A stretch of 48,663 nt of DNA, taken from positions 1-48,663 of IMG/VR virus record IMGVR_UViG_3300020045_000913. One strand, given 5' to 3'. Each line of letters starts with the position of its first letter. Position 1 is the first letter of the stretch. Source of the stretch: a virus (lineage: Duplodnaviria > Caudoviricetes). A program made the position numbers and the translations under genes. This document shows, one piece after another, positions 8,605 to 17,574 of the stretch. The notes below the pieces were generated by a model. It was not told the DNA's origin. It saw only the letters and a program-made list of their open reading frames with translations, and did not search any database.

Positions 8605-9567
8605 ATGGCTGAAATTCTCAAATACGACCAAAACGATCTGCGGGCTATTGAGGCGGCTGGTCGCTTCGATGCTAACGAAAGCGTCCACTTTGCCCGCCAA
8701 CTTGAGTACATCAAGTCGCAGATTTACAGCACGCTCTATGCGCCTCGCAATGCGCTGTCTGTGATGCCTGTTTCCACCGACATTCCTGCCGGTGCTAACT
8801 CGTTTGTCTGGTACGAATCCGACCGCGTTGGCAAGGCTAAGATCGGCTCTAATCTGGGAAATGATGTTCCTCGCGCCGACGTGTTCCGCAAGGAAAACAC
8901 TGGCGTGATTCGTAACATCACGATCGGGTTTGGCTACAACCAACAGGAGATCGCATCGTCTGCATTCGCTGGCACTAGCCTGACGACTGACAAAGCCGCT
9001 GCCGCTGTTGAAAGTCACACCGACGCAGTGAACAACATTGCTTGGTTCGGTGATACTGAAAACAACCTGCCAGGCTTGTTTACTACCGCCGGTTTGCCTG
9101 AGGTGTCTATTGCCGCTGACGGTACAGGCGCAAGCAAGGCATTCTCCACCAAGACTGCCGCATTGATCGTGCGCGATGTGAACTCGGTGATTAACGCCAT
9201 CGTCACCCAAACCAAGGGCCTGATGACAGCGAACGAATGCTGGTTGCCTGTTGCTCAATACACGTTGATGGCAAGCACTCAAAACAGCGCCTCGTCTGAT
9301 ACTACCATTTTGGGCTTCCTGCGCATGGTCCACCCCGGCGTTAACTTCCGTCCGCTGGTTGAAATGACCGCTGCCGGGGGTGCTGGCGTTGACCGCATCT
9401 ATGCCGTGGCAAACAACAGCATGAACTATGCTCTTGAAATCCCGATGATGCTGCAAACTTCTAGCCCTCAATTGAGCGGTTATGAGTTCGTTGTGCCGAT
9501 GCGTTCGCGTATCGCTGGTTGCGTGGTTAAACGACCACTTGCCTTTGCGTTCGGTGCTGGCATCTAA
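8605..9567 (+). CDS. Major capsid protein (DUF2184-like, HK97 fold)
   Basis: FARQLEYI, NNIAWFGD...LPGL, C-terminal GCVVKRPLA...GI. Strong RBS and a following terminator. Confidence 0.9.
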   Translation: MAEILKYDQNDLRAIEAAGRFDANESVHFARQLEYIKSQIYSTLYAPRNALSVMPVSTDIPAGANSFVWYESDRVGKAKIGSNLGNDVPRADVFRKENTGVIRNITIGFGYNQQEIASSAFAGTSLTTDKAAAAVESHTDAVNNIAWFGDTENNLPGLFTTAGLPEVSIAADGTGASKAFSTKTAALIVRDVNSVINAIVTQTKGLMTANECWLPVAQYTLMASTQNSASSDTTILGFLRMVHPGVNFRPLVEMTAAGGAGVDRIYAVANNSMNYALEIPMMLQTSSPQLSGYEFVVPMRSRIAGCVVKRPLAFAFGAGI

Positions 9568-9586
9568 GCTAAACGCTTAAAACAAC

Positions 9587-9610
9587 AAAGGGGCTTCGGC
9601 CCCTTTTTTT
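9587..9610 (+). terminator. Intrinsic terminator after the major capsid gene
   Basis: AAAGGGGC-TTCG-GCCCCTTTTTTT. Confidence 0.9.
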
Positions 9611-9664
9611 GTAATTGCCATTAATACCAATGCTGTTAAAATGCACAAATTATTAGGAGTGGAA

Positions 9665-9862
9665 ATGAAAGTAATGAATAATGGCGCTGGCCTAAAACAT
9701 ATCGGCTCAGTAACAATCGAACCTGGTGAAACTGGAGAGGTTGACGATAGCTGGGCATCATCTATTGGTGGTGATCTTGAAATCGTCACCCCCGCCGAAA
9801 AAGAATCCGAAGACTCACCCGCCCGTCGTGGCCGTCCCGCTAAAGTTAAAGAGGCTGAATAA
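9665..9862 (+). CDS. Small hypothetical virion-associated protein
   Basis: GGAG RBS before ATG 9665. C-terminal RRGRPAK motif typical of post-capsid small proteins. Confidence 0.65.
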   Translation: MKVMNNGAGLKHIGSVTIEPGETGEVDDSWASSIGGDLEIVTPAEKESEDSPARRGRPAKVKEAE

Positions 9863-10233
9863 TGGCTGTTACTTACACCGCAGCGGTTAAAAACTCACGC
9901 CTGACGGCTGTTGTTACCGCCATTGGCGCGACTGGCGTGCTGGAAATTGGCACGGCTGGCATGGCTGCTATCTTGGCAACGATCTCGCTAAATAGCACGG
10001 CTGGCACTGCGTCCGCTGGCGTTCTGACGTTCTCGGGTTTTCCAAAGTCCGACACCACGGCGGACAATACCGGAACTGCTGCCGCCGCTCGTATTCGCAC
10101 CGCCACGGCTGGCACGGATATTGTTACTGGTTTGACTGTTGGCCTGTCTGCGTCTGACATCAATCTGGACAGCTTGAGTATTACCGCTGGCCAGACGGTG
10201 ACGATTAACAGCATGACAATTACGCACGCTTAA
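9862..10233 (+). CDS. Putative structural protein (head appendage/fibre module)
   Basis: Ala/Thr/Gly-rich, GTAAAARI, SITAGQTVTINS. Translationally coupled to the upstream ORF. Confidence 0.7.
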   Translation: MAVTYTAAVKNSRLTAVVTAIGATGVLEIGTAGMAAILATISLNSTAGTASAGVLTFSGFPKSDTTADNTGTAAAARIRTATAGTDIVTGLTVGLSASDINLDSLSITAGQTVTINSMTITHA

Positions 10234-10236
10234 ACA

Positions 10237-11424
10237 ATGCTTTTACTTACATCTACAAGCGATATTGTCCGTCTTACTACGGGTACGGCGACAACTACCA
10301 TTGAGGTGCATACATCGTATGTAGATGTAAACGGCACTACGATCACGCCGGGTCGGACCAATACGATAATCACTACAGCCACGACAACGACCATCGTTGC
10401 AAGTCCAGCGGCATCTACCCAGCGCAACGTAAAAGCCATCTATGTGACAAACAACAGCGCGGGTACATCTTGCACGGTTGGCGTGAGTCATGCGGACGGC
10501 ACGACCACGGTTGAGCTTATTCAATTCATCTTGCTGCCTGGTGAGAATCTGGGCTACCGTGAAGATGGTTCGTGGGTTCACCGCGATGCACAGGGCGCTG
10601 AGTACCCTCCGTCCGGCCTAGGTGCTTATAACGGTCGATCTATTGGGTTCATGAAATCAGGAACGGCGGCTGATGCGGTGGCCTATTGGTACTGCACTGC
10701 CAAAGATGCAGGATTTCCAGGCGCATGGGTGCCGGGTACGCCCGGCGTTAATGGACGCGTCACTGATGGTACGGTGGCGGCTGATTTTGGTTGCTTCCCG
10801 ATCGCAAACCCTTCAGTTGGTGGAAACTACCTGACCGAAGTCAACATGGCGGCCAGCGTTAACCATACGCACGTTTTGTTTGATTGCTTATGGGTTAACT
10901 CGGGCTTGGTGGTAACAACTACGGGTGCGCAATCAATCACAACTCCGACACTCCCGGCGCGCGACCTTAATGGAACGACAAATGGCGAAGGGTGCTCTAT
11001 TGCGCTTTACTTTAGCGCGGCGTCAACATTAGCTGCGGCTGGGGCTAACTTGACTGTAAGTTACACCAATAGCGACGGAACTTCTGGGCGTACTGCAAGG
11101 TTATTGGCAATTGCTGGGTCTCAAGTGCCAGCGACTCCGGTTGTTGGAACTTTGGTATGGTTTAACTTGGATGCTGGAGATCGTGGCGTTCGCTCAATTC
11201 AGTCTATTACGCTTGGCACGTCAATGCTTACCGGTACGATTCACTTGATGATTACCCGCGACATTGCAACAATGGGAACAACAATCGCAAACGTAAACTC
11301 TCAGAAGGTTATCGGAACGCCTGGAATTAGGCTGTATAACGGGACTTGTATGCTTCATTGCAACGTGGCCAGCGCAACGACTGCTACTTTCTACAGTGGC
11401 GAGCTTGTGGTTATGGAAAAATAA
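10237..11424 (+). CDS. Putative structural/fibre protein
   Basis: 395 aa, Thr/Gly-rich and beta-strand-like, located in the structural operon. Confidence 0.65.
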   Translation: MLLLTSTSDIVRLTTGTATTTIEVHTSYVDVNGTTITPGRTNTIITTATTTTIVASPAASTQRNVKAIYVTNNSAGTSCTVGVSHADGTTTVELIQFILLPGENLGYREDGSWVHRDAQGAEYPPSGLGAYNGRSIGFMKSGTAADAVAYWYCTAKDAGFPGAWVPGTPGVNGRVTDGTVAADFGCFPIANPSVGGNYLTEVNMAASVNHTHVLFDCLWVNSGLVVTTTGAQSITTPTLPARDLNGTTNGEGCSIALYFSAASTLAAAGANLTVSYTNSDGTSGRTARLLAIAGSQVPATPVVGTLVWFNLDAGDRGVRSIQSITLGTSMLTGTIHLMITRDIATMGTTIANVNSQKVIGTPGIRLYNGTCMLHCNVASATTATFYSGELVVMEK

Positions 11425-11426
11425 CA

Positions 11427-11591
11427 ATGACATACGTTATTATTCAAAGTGGAATTGTCATTCACTGCGTATCTGTTGACGATTTAAACTCGCTTCATGA
11501 ATGCTACCCAGACAGCATCATTATTGAGCGCGTAGCTGATGAAAATATTGGCTGGTCATTTGATGGCGTGAGCTTTACGGCTCCAGCTTAA
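11427..11591 (+). CDS. Small hypothetical protein (fibre-associated)
   Basis: MTYVIIQSGIV...IGWSFDGVSFTAP fills the gap between two ORFs exactly. The IGW.FDG..F.AP ending is typical of small fibre-adjacent proteins. Confidence 0.65.
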   Translation: MTYVIIQSGIVIHCVSVDDLNSLHECYPDSIIIERVADENIGWSFDGVSFTAPA

Positions 11592-11593
11592 AT

Positions 11594-12745
11594 ATGGCCT
11601 TGCTTGGCTGGTTCGATGGCGAGCTAAGACCTGACGCATGGTTTGACGCCGAGCTACAGCCTGCCGCATGGTTTGACACTGAGATTGTCAACACTACAGC
11701 CGCGCCGGGTGGCGCTGTTGCCGGTAGCTTTGCAGCTACTGAAACCGGGCTAGACGTTCTAGCATCGTCTGGGCTAGTAATTGTCCAAGGCTCTAGTGCC
11801 TCTTCTGAAACCGGCCTAGACACATCTACATCGACCGGTAAAGTAATCGTCCAAGGAGTTTCGGCGCCGACTGAAACTGGACTAGACGCGCTTGCCGCAA
11901 GTGGCGTTGTAACTAATGCCACTGCTAGTGGCACTTTTTCAGCTACCGAGTCAGGTGCTGATATTTCCGCATCGTCCGGTGTGGTTATCGTAAAAGGCAC
12001 ATCGACACCAAGCGAAACCGGACTAGACGTATCTGTAAGCACTGGAAAGGTGTTGGTACAGGGTGTTAGTGCATCAATTGAATCAGGTTTAGACGTTCTG
12101 GCGTCTGTTGGTGATGTTATTGTGCAAGGTTCATCGTCAGCCGCCGAGGTTGGCAGTGATATTTCATCGTCTGCCGGTACTGTACTGGTTAAAGGGCCAT
12201 TTGCAGCCACTGAAACGGGCCTAGATACGCTTGCTGCAACTGGTGGTCAAGTTGCTGCGTCTACCGGGTCAATGGCCTCTGTAGAGGTTGGGATTGATGC
12301 CGCCAATGCGTCAGGTAATGTAGTCGTAAAAGGCGCATCGTCTGCCGTTGAGTCGGTCACTGATTCGATGTCTGCAAGTGGCATCGTTTACTCGGTTGCT
12401 GTCGGTAATTGCAACGCGTCAGAATCAGGCGTTGATATTATTTCAGCCAACGGCAATATTATCGCCAGTGGTAATTTTGCTTCACTTGAAGACGATGATT
12501 TTTTCAATGCAGAAGGCATTGCGCTTGGTCCCGTAACTGGTGATTTTTCAGCCTTTGAATACTCTGACTTATTCGAGTCAAACGGCAATACTCGCTGGAC
12601 TGTTTATGGTGGTTATAAGGCAGTTGATATTGACTCAAGCACCGGCTTATATTCAATATCAAGTGCATACGATACAATCGATGTAAGCTCAAGCTATAAC
12701 GCAACACAGATAGAACCGGATTACGAAACATGGCCACTCAATTAG
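11594..12745 (+). CDS. Repetitive structural (fibre-like) protein
   Basis: Three 10-aa WFD.EL repeats, then more than ten ~22-aa E(T/S)G.D....G.V.V.G repeats. Confidence 0.7.
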   Translation: MALLGWFDGELRPDAWFDAELQPAAWFDTEIVNTTAAPGGAVAGSFAATETGLDVLASSGLVIVQGSSASSETGLDTSTSTGKVIVQGVSAPTETGLDALAASGVVTNATASGTFSATESGADISASSGVVIVKGTSTPSETGLDVSVSTGKVLVQGVSASIESGLDVLASVGDVIVQGSSSAAEVGSDISSSAGTVLVKGPFAATETGLDTLAATGGQVAASTGSMASVEVGIDAANASGNVVVKGASSAVESVTDSMSASGIVYSVAVGNCNASESGVDIISANGNIIASGNFASLEDDDFFNAEGIALGPVTGDFSAFEYSDLFESNGNTRWTVYGGYKAVDIDSSTGLYSISSAYDTIDVSSSYNATQIEPDYETWPLN

Positions 12746-13113
12746 AAACCCTGCGCCTAGTCGCCCCTGAGTTCGCGGCTGAGTCCGATGTGACGGTCCA
12801 GGCCATGCTTGACTTGGCGCCATTGATTATTGACCCGCTTTTATACGCTGAAAACGTTCGCGGCTTGGCCTTGGTTTATCAGGCTTGTATTCTGTTGTCG
12901 CAACGATCTGCAAGCGCCAGCGGGACGGCAAGTGTCAGCGGCAGTCTGGTTCGTGAGAAAGAGGGCGACTTAGAGCGCCAGTTTAGCGCCGGGTCATCGT
13001 CTAGTTCAAAGACAAGCGGAAAGAACCAGTACGAGATCACGCTAGACCGTCTAAGCGTGAATATCTCAATGGGTGGCATTACCCGTATGTTTGACGTTAT
13101 CGCACCGATCTAA
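12730..13113 (+). CDS. Head-tail adaptor (DUF4054-like)
   Basis: LRLVAPEF, REKEGDLERQF. Size and position fit. Confidence 0.75.
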   Translation: MATQLETLRLVAPEFAAESDVTVQAMLDLAPLIIDPLLYAENVRGLALVYQACILLSQRSASASGTASVSGSLVREKEGDLERQFSAGSSSSSKTSGKNQYEITLDRLSVNISMGGITRMFDVIAPI

Positions 13114-13565
13114 TGGCCGTTAAATACGTCATGGATAAAGACTTGGGCATGAGAAAGATCATGGCCGAGTTTAAAAATGCTCATAAGGCGGAATTAGTCG
13201 TTGGAGTTCTTGAGGGTTCAAAAAACGCTGAAGGCTTCAACATCGCTGAGTATGCTGCGGTCAATGAATTTGGAACTGATAAAATACCATCGCGGCCATT
13301 CATGCGGACGGCATTTGACGAAAACAAACAGGGTTATATCAGGTACATGGAAAAGATCGTAAAGCAAATGGGCCAGTTGGCATTTGCGAGAATGGTTACT
13401 ACGCTTGGACTAAAAGCCGAGAAAGACATTCAGAAAACCATTACGGGACGTGACTTCTTGCCTAAATTGGCAGATAGTACGATCAAGGCTAAGAAAAACA
13501 GCACAAAAACATTGGTTGACACTGGCGCAATGGTTAATTCTATTAAACACCTAATCCGCAAATGA
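13113..13565 (+). CDS. Neck / virion morphogenesis protein
   Basis: VNEFG..IPSRPFMR, LADSTIKAK...LVDTGAM. Lies in the neck gene cluster. Confidence 0.75.
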   Translation: MAVKYVMDKDLGMRKIMAEFKNAHKAELVVGVLEGSKNAEGFNIAEYAAVNEFGTDKIPSRPFMRTAFDENKQGYIRYMEKIVKQMGQLAFARMVTTLGLKAEKDIQKTITGRDFLPKLADSTIKAKKNSTKTLVDTGAMVNSIKHLIRK

Positions 13566-13948
13566 GTTTCCGTAAACCATTCGATGTACTTCACGAAGCC
13601 GTTGGCGCTTATGTAAGCGGTGTATTTGTGCCGGGCGTGCGTAGTGTATTGCCAATCACGGCAAGCATCCAACCCGCCACTGAGCAAGACCTGATTACCG
13701 CGCCTGAAGGACGTCGAATCAGCGACATGGTGAAAGTCTATACAGACACATCATTGCAAGAAGGTGGTGAGGCTACGGGCCTTCAGCCTGACCTGATTGT
13801 GTGGCGTGGTTACGCTTACGAGGTGAGTTCTATTTCAGTGCGCCAAATGGGCGTGATTGATCATTACAAGATTTATGCAACCCGTCGAATGGCAGCGCCA
13901 GCGGGTTACGCGGCTGCATGGGCCGCCGGTACACTTACAAGAGGTTAA
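13562..13948 (+). CDS. Head closure / head-tail joining protein
   Basis: ASIQP...PEGRR...VYT...DLIVWRG..YEV pattern, expected position. Confidence 0.7.
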   Translation: MSFRKPFDVLHEAVGAYVSGVFVPGVRSVLPITASIQPATEQDLITAPEGRRISDMVKVYTDTSLQEGGEATGLQPDLIVWRGYAYEVSSISVRQMGVIDHYKIYATRRMAAPAGYAAAWAAGTLTRG

Positions 13949-13951
13949 TAA

Positions 13952-14539
13952 ATGGCATCAGACATCAATGTGGCAATTCCACCATTGGGAAATCCAACTA
14001 CGGCAGGTGTTCGCGGTAACTTTTCAGCGGCCAAGGTAGAGATCGAAGAGCTTCAATCATCTATCGGCTTTGTCGATTACAACGACGCGGCCACGGGCAT
14101 TACTCCGATTAGCGTTTCACCGAGTACGTGGACGAAGTTGACTAATGACAAGCTGGGGCCATATACAAAGATCGATGCCATGCCAAGTGGCATTACTTCG
14201 CTTTGGAATGCAACCACTAACCAGATCGACCTGACTCAATTGCCATTGAATAGCATGGTGAATGCTCGGTATGAGTTATTCGTGACAACTACAGCAGCTA
14301 ATCAGGTGGTTAATCTATCTGTTTTCCTTGGCATTGGCTCACCATCGGCTTATGAGTCCCCAAAGACAACCGTCCAGTTTAAGACTGCCGGGACTTATGC
14401 CATGTCTAGCTTCTCGGGTTCTTATGTTGGCTCTACTGACATTCAGAATTACCCGGCTGAGATCAAGGTTAAGTCAGACGCGGCTTGCACAGTTCGCGTG
14501 AATGGTTGGTACTTTCAGATTTTTAAGAAAGTAACATGA
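13952..14539 (+). CDS. Hypothetical structural protein (possible collar/whisker)
   Basis: Short N-terminal coiled segment (VRGNF..AKVEIEELQ) plus a beta-rich C-terminus, inserted in the neck cluster. Confidence 0.6.
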   Translation: MASDINVAIPPLGNPTTAGVRGNFSAAKVEIEELQSSIGFVDYNDAATGITPISVSPSTWTKLTNDKLGPYTKIDAMPSGITSLWNATTNQIDLTQLPLNSMVNARYELFVTTTAANQVVNLSVFLGIGSPSAYESPKTTVQFKTAGTYAMSSFSGSYVGSTDIQNYPAEIKVKSDAACTVRVNGWYFQIFKKVT

Positions 14540-15069
14540 ACGTAGCCACGCTTAAAACTCGCTTGTATGCGCTGATTCAGCCAATCCTAGGCGGTACTGT
14601 AATATGGGCAGACCAGACTGGCCCACGTCCTGCGTTGCCTTACTCTACGCTGCGTTTGGGCGTTATTACTGCCGTTGGCGATCCTCACTACTCTGACGTT
14701 GACGCAGGCGGGATTCAGACCGTTTTAGCCGTGCGTGAGAGTGTTTTAAATATCAATCGTTTCGGCGTTGATAGTGTGGCCACTGTAGAGACGTTTTCAG
14801 ACAAGATGCTGCTTAATTCAAACTTGGATAAATTCTCAGTTCAGGACATTGCAGCGTTTGATATGTCGGCAGTGACTGATATTGCACAGCTTTTGAATGG
14901 CATTGCCATTGAGCCACGGGCGAGCATTGATTTGTCACTTCGCTGGGAATCAGACCAGACTGATAATGTCGGCATTATTGATACTGTTATCAGTAACGGG
15001 ACTATAGGTCAGGTTAATACAGCTTTGAATGAAGAGTATATTTTGTCGGTTATGGCGACTGGTGTTTAA
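14536..15069 (+). CDS. Tail terminator / neck protein
   Basis: VIWADQ.GPRP.LPY and EPRASIDL motifs. Last gene before the sheath module. Confidence 0.7.
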   Translation: MNVATLKTRLYALIQPILGGTVIWADQTGPRPALPYSTLRLGVITAVGDPHYSDVDAGGIQTVLAVRESVLNINRFGVDSVATVETFSDKMLLNSNLDKFSVQDIAAFDMSAVTDIAQLLNGIAIEPRASIDLSLRWESDQTDNVGIIDTVISNGTIGQVNTALNEEYILSVMATGV

Positions 15070-15072
15070 AAT

Positions 15073-15095
15073 AAAAGGGCCAATTGGCCCTTTGT
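15073..15095. terminator. Bidirectional terminator
   Basis: AAAAGGGCC-AATT-GGCCCTTTGT between convergent genes. Confidence 0.75.
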
Positions 15096-15506
15096 TTATT
15101 CAACTTCAGTTTTTACAAGTTCTTCAATCTGAGATTTCAATGATTCAAGTTGCTGCTTGAGAAATGAAATTTCAGTTCTTTGACGACTTAATTCTTCATC
15201 TTTCTTTTTCATTGCTTTTGAATTACTGACAAATACGTCTGGTGTTGCAATAACAAATTCATCACCCAAAACACTCGATGATGCGTGGACAATAAGCTCC
15301 TCTTCACTTCTGTCAATCTTGTAAGAGTCTCCAAGAACAATCGTCATGTTTGGTTTTACTGTTGAAAACTCAGAGTAACCCGACCTTACAAATGTTGCAT
15401 TTTGCTCAAGCATGGAAGCCAAAGAAGGAAGTGATTTTTCCGATCCTTGGTGGGGGACGTGAATGATGATGTGGGTTGCGCCATTGGTTTCGATTGCTGC
15501 AAACAT
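15096..15506 (-). CDS. Hypothetical protein with C-terminal coiled coil (moron-like insert)
   Basis: 136 aa, AT-rich, has its own upstream -10 element and downstream terminator. Confidence 0.7.
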   Translation of the reverse strand: MFAAIETNGATHIIIHVPHQGSEKSLPSLASMLEQNATFVRSGYSEFSTVKPNMTIVLGDSYKIDRSEEELIVHASSSVLGDEFVIATPDVFVSNSKAMKKKDEELSRQRTEISFLKQQLESLKSQIEELVKTEVE

Positions 15507-15571
15507 TTTTTATCTTTCGTTGAATCCAAGATTGGATGACGAATCATAGCCAATTTGCGCTACATTTTTAC

Positions 15572-15649
15572 TAGGGGTTTTCACCGATTGACACAACGAA
15601 AAATTGTGCTAATGCTTTTTTTGACATTCCACAACGTAAAACATAAAAT
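15572..15649 (+). promoter_or_regulatory. TAGGGGTTTTCACCGATTGACA motif and sigma70 promoter of the tail operon
   Basis: Motif at 15572-15593. TTGACA (15621-26), 17 nt spacer, TAAAAT (15644-49). Confidence 0.75.
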
Positions 15650-15704
15650 GTTCTAAGCCATTTGGCTGAACTTTGCAAAGTTTAATTTTTAGATTGGAGC
15701 CAAC

Positions 15705-17039
15705 ATGGCAACTTTAAGTGACATCGTAAATGTCAGCATTTCGCTGAATACAACCGGCGTTGAACGGGCGGATTTCGGCACGCCCATGATCGTCGGTCCT
15801 CACATGGCCTTCACGTCCCGCGTGCAAGCCTATACCCGATATGACGATGCCGTCGCGGCTGGCCTGCCTGAGCCTATGCTTAGCGCCGTTGAGGCTGCAT
15901 TCTCGCAGACCCCGCACCCGCGTCAAGTCAAGGTCGGTCGCCGTTCTGTGGCTACTGTCATCATTGATATTGTGGCTGTCAATCTGACGACTTACACAAT
16001 CACGGTCTCCGGTACTTCGCCTGAGGTGTACACATTCACATCGGACGCAAGTGCATTGGCTTCGGAAATTGCTACGGGCTTGGCTTTGGCCATCACTTCG
16101 GACGCAAACGAAACGCTGACAGCTACAGCCATCGGCGATACCGTTTCTTTGGCTTGGATTAGTCAATCTAACCTGCAAGCTGTTACTCTTGGCTCCAACC
16201 TGTCGTGGGGTGCCATCACTACCGTGGACACCGTAGCCGTCGATATGGCTGCTATCGTCATGGAAGACAACGCATGGTATGGCTTGATTAGCTCTGACCG
16301 TACAAAACAAGTGCAACTTGACTTCGCAGCTTGGACTGAGACGCAGAAAAAACTGTTTGGTTTCGCGTCTAGCGAAGCTGACATTCTGACTCCCGGCGTG
16401 TCTACTGACGTTATCAGTGTAGCCAAGGATACCCGCTACTATCGCACCTATGCGGCCTATAGCGCCAATGCTTTGACTCAGTACCCTGATGCGGCTTGGA
16501 TGTCGGCGGTGTTCCCGTTGCAACCAGGCTCTGAGACTTGGGCGCTGAAAAAGCTTGGTGGCGTGACGCCAGATAAGCTGTCAGCAACCCAGCGAAGTAC
16601 CATTCTGGGTAAGGGTGGGAACACTTTCGAGTACTACCAAACTCAGATCGCCTTGACTAATCCGGGCAAGGTTGTTGCTGGTGAGTGGATTGACGTTATC
16701 CGTGGCCGCGATTGGCTGGAGGACTTGATTCAGACCAACATGACCATGCTGATTATCAATCGCGCCAAGGTTCCTTACACCGATGCCGGTATTCAGCTTT
16801 GCGTCACTAACCTGCGTAAGTCTTTGCAACAAGGCGTTACCGTTGGCTATATCGCACCGGACGAAGTGGACGAAAACGGCAAGACTGTGCCGGGATTCAC
16901 CATCACGGCACCATTGTCTCAATCGGTTGACCCTCTGGTTAAGGCTTCTCGGGTTTTGACGTTGGAGTTCAGCGCCCGCCTGGCTGGTGCAATTCATGTC
17001 GTTAATATTAACGGCTCGGTCGGTTACGAACTGGCTTAA
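15705..17039 (+). CDS. Tail sheath protein (DUF3383-like)
   Basis: LSDIVNVSIS, AFSQTPHP..VKVGR, GEWIDVIRGRDWL, KVPYTDAG, LAGAIH. Confidence 0.92.
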   Translation: MATLSDIVNVSISLNTTGVERADFGTPMIVGPHMAFTSRVQAYTRYDDAVAAGLPEPMLSAVEAAFSQTPHPRQVKVGRRSVATVIIDIVAVNLTTYTITVSGTSPEVYTFTSDASALASEIATGLALAITSDANETLTATAIGDTVSLAWISQSNLQAVTLGSNLSWGAITTVDTVAVDMAAIVMEDNAWYGLISSDRTKQVQLDFAAWTETQKKLFGFASSEADILTPGVSTDVISVAKDTRYYRTYAAYSANALTQYPDAAWMSAVFPLQPGSETWALKKLGGVTPDKLSATQRSTILGKGGNTFEYYQTQIALTNPGKVVAGEWIDVIRGRDWLEDLIQTNMTMLIINRAKVPYTDAGIQLCVTNLRKSLQQGVTVGYIAPDEVDENGKTVPGFTITAPLSQSVDPLVKASRVLTLEFSARLAGAIHVVNINGSVGYELA

Positions 17040-17051
17040 TAAGGAAACATA

Positions 17052-17483
17052 ATGGCAACATCTACATACGACCCAAGTAAATTAACCGTGATTGTCGGTG
17101 GCGTTATCGTCACTGGCTTTTCTGATGGTGATTTTATTACCGCAAAAAGAGATGAAGATTTGTATATGAAGCGCGTTGGCGCTGATGGCCACGTCGCACG
17201 AGCTCGTAACGGTAACAAGTCTGGCACCATTGAAATCAAACTGTTGCAAAGCTCGCCAGCCGTAACCGAGTTGTCGGCACTGGTGGCACTTGATAACTTC
17301 CTGTTCGATGGCGATATTCTCATCCCTATCAGCATCGTTTCACCGGGCGATGGTGCTGAATTGGTAGGCGCTACTCAGGCATGGCTTAAAACACCGCCCG
17401 AAATGGTGTTCGGCAAAGAAGTCGGTGAACGTTCTTTTGTCTTTGATTGTGCCGACTTGAAAATGTCAATTGGTGGCATTTGA
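17052..17483 (+). CDS. Tail tube protein (DUF3277-like)
   Basis: TYDPSK..V.VGG, VGADG, SGTIEIKLLQSS. Follows the sheath gene. Confidence 0.88.
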   Translation: MATSTYDPSKLTVIVGGVIVTGFSDGDFITAKRDEDLYMKRVGADGHVARARNGNKSGTIEIKLLQSSPAVTELSALVALDNFLFDGDILIPISIVSPGDGAELVGATQAWLKTPPEMVFGKEVGERSFVFDCADLKMSIGGI

Positions 17484-17508
17484 TTACCGTATAATCTAGC
17501 TAACACGG

Positions 17509-17544
17509 CCCCGGACAGTTAACTCTGTGCCGGGGTTCTTTTTT
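17509..17544 (+). terminator. Probable intrinsic terminator after the tail tube gene
   Basis: CCCCGG-ACAG...CTGT-GCCGGGG followed by TTCTTTTTT. Confidence 0.65.
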
Positions 17545-17574
17545 GGTAGAATGAAAACAACATTAGGAGAAAAG

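Noticed and set aside
7019-9471. Long antisense ORFs 7019-8209 (396 aa) and 8350-9471 (373 aa)
   Set aside because: They mirror the protease and capsid genes on the opposite strand, have no recognisable motifs, and are explained by the codon bias of highly expressed genes.
15714-16997. Antisense ORFs over the tail sheath gene
   Set aside because: Shadow ORFs with no RBS or motif support.
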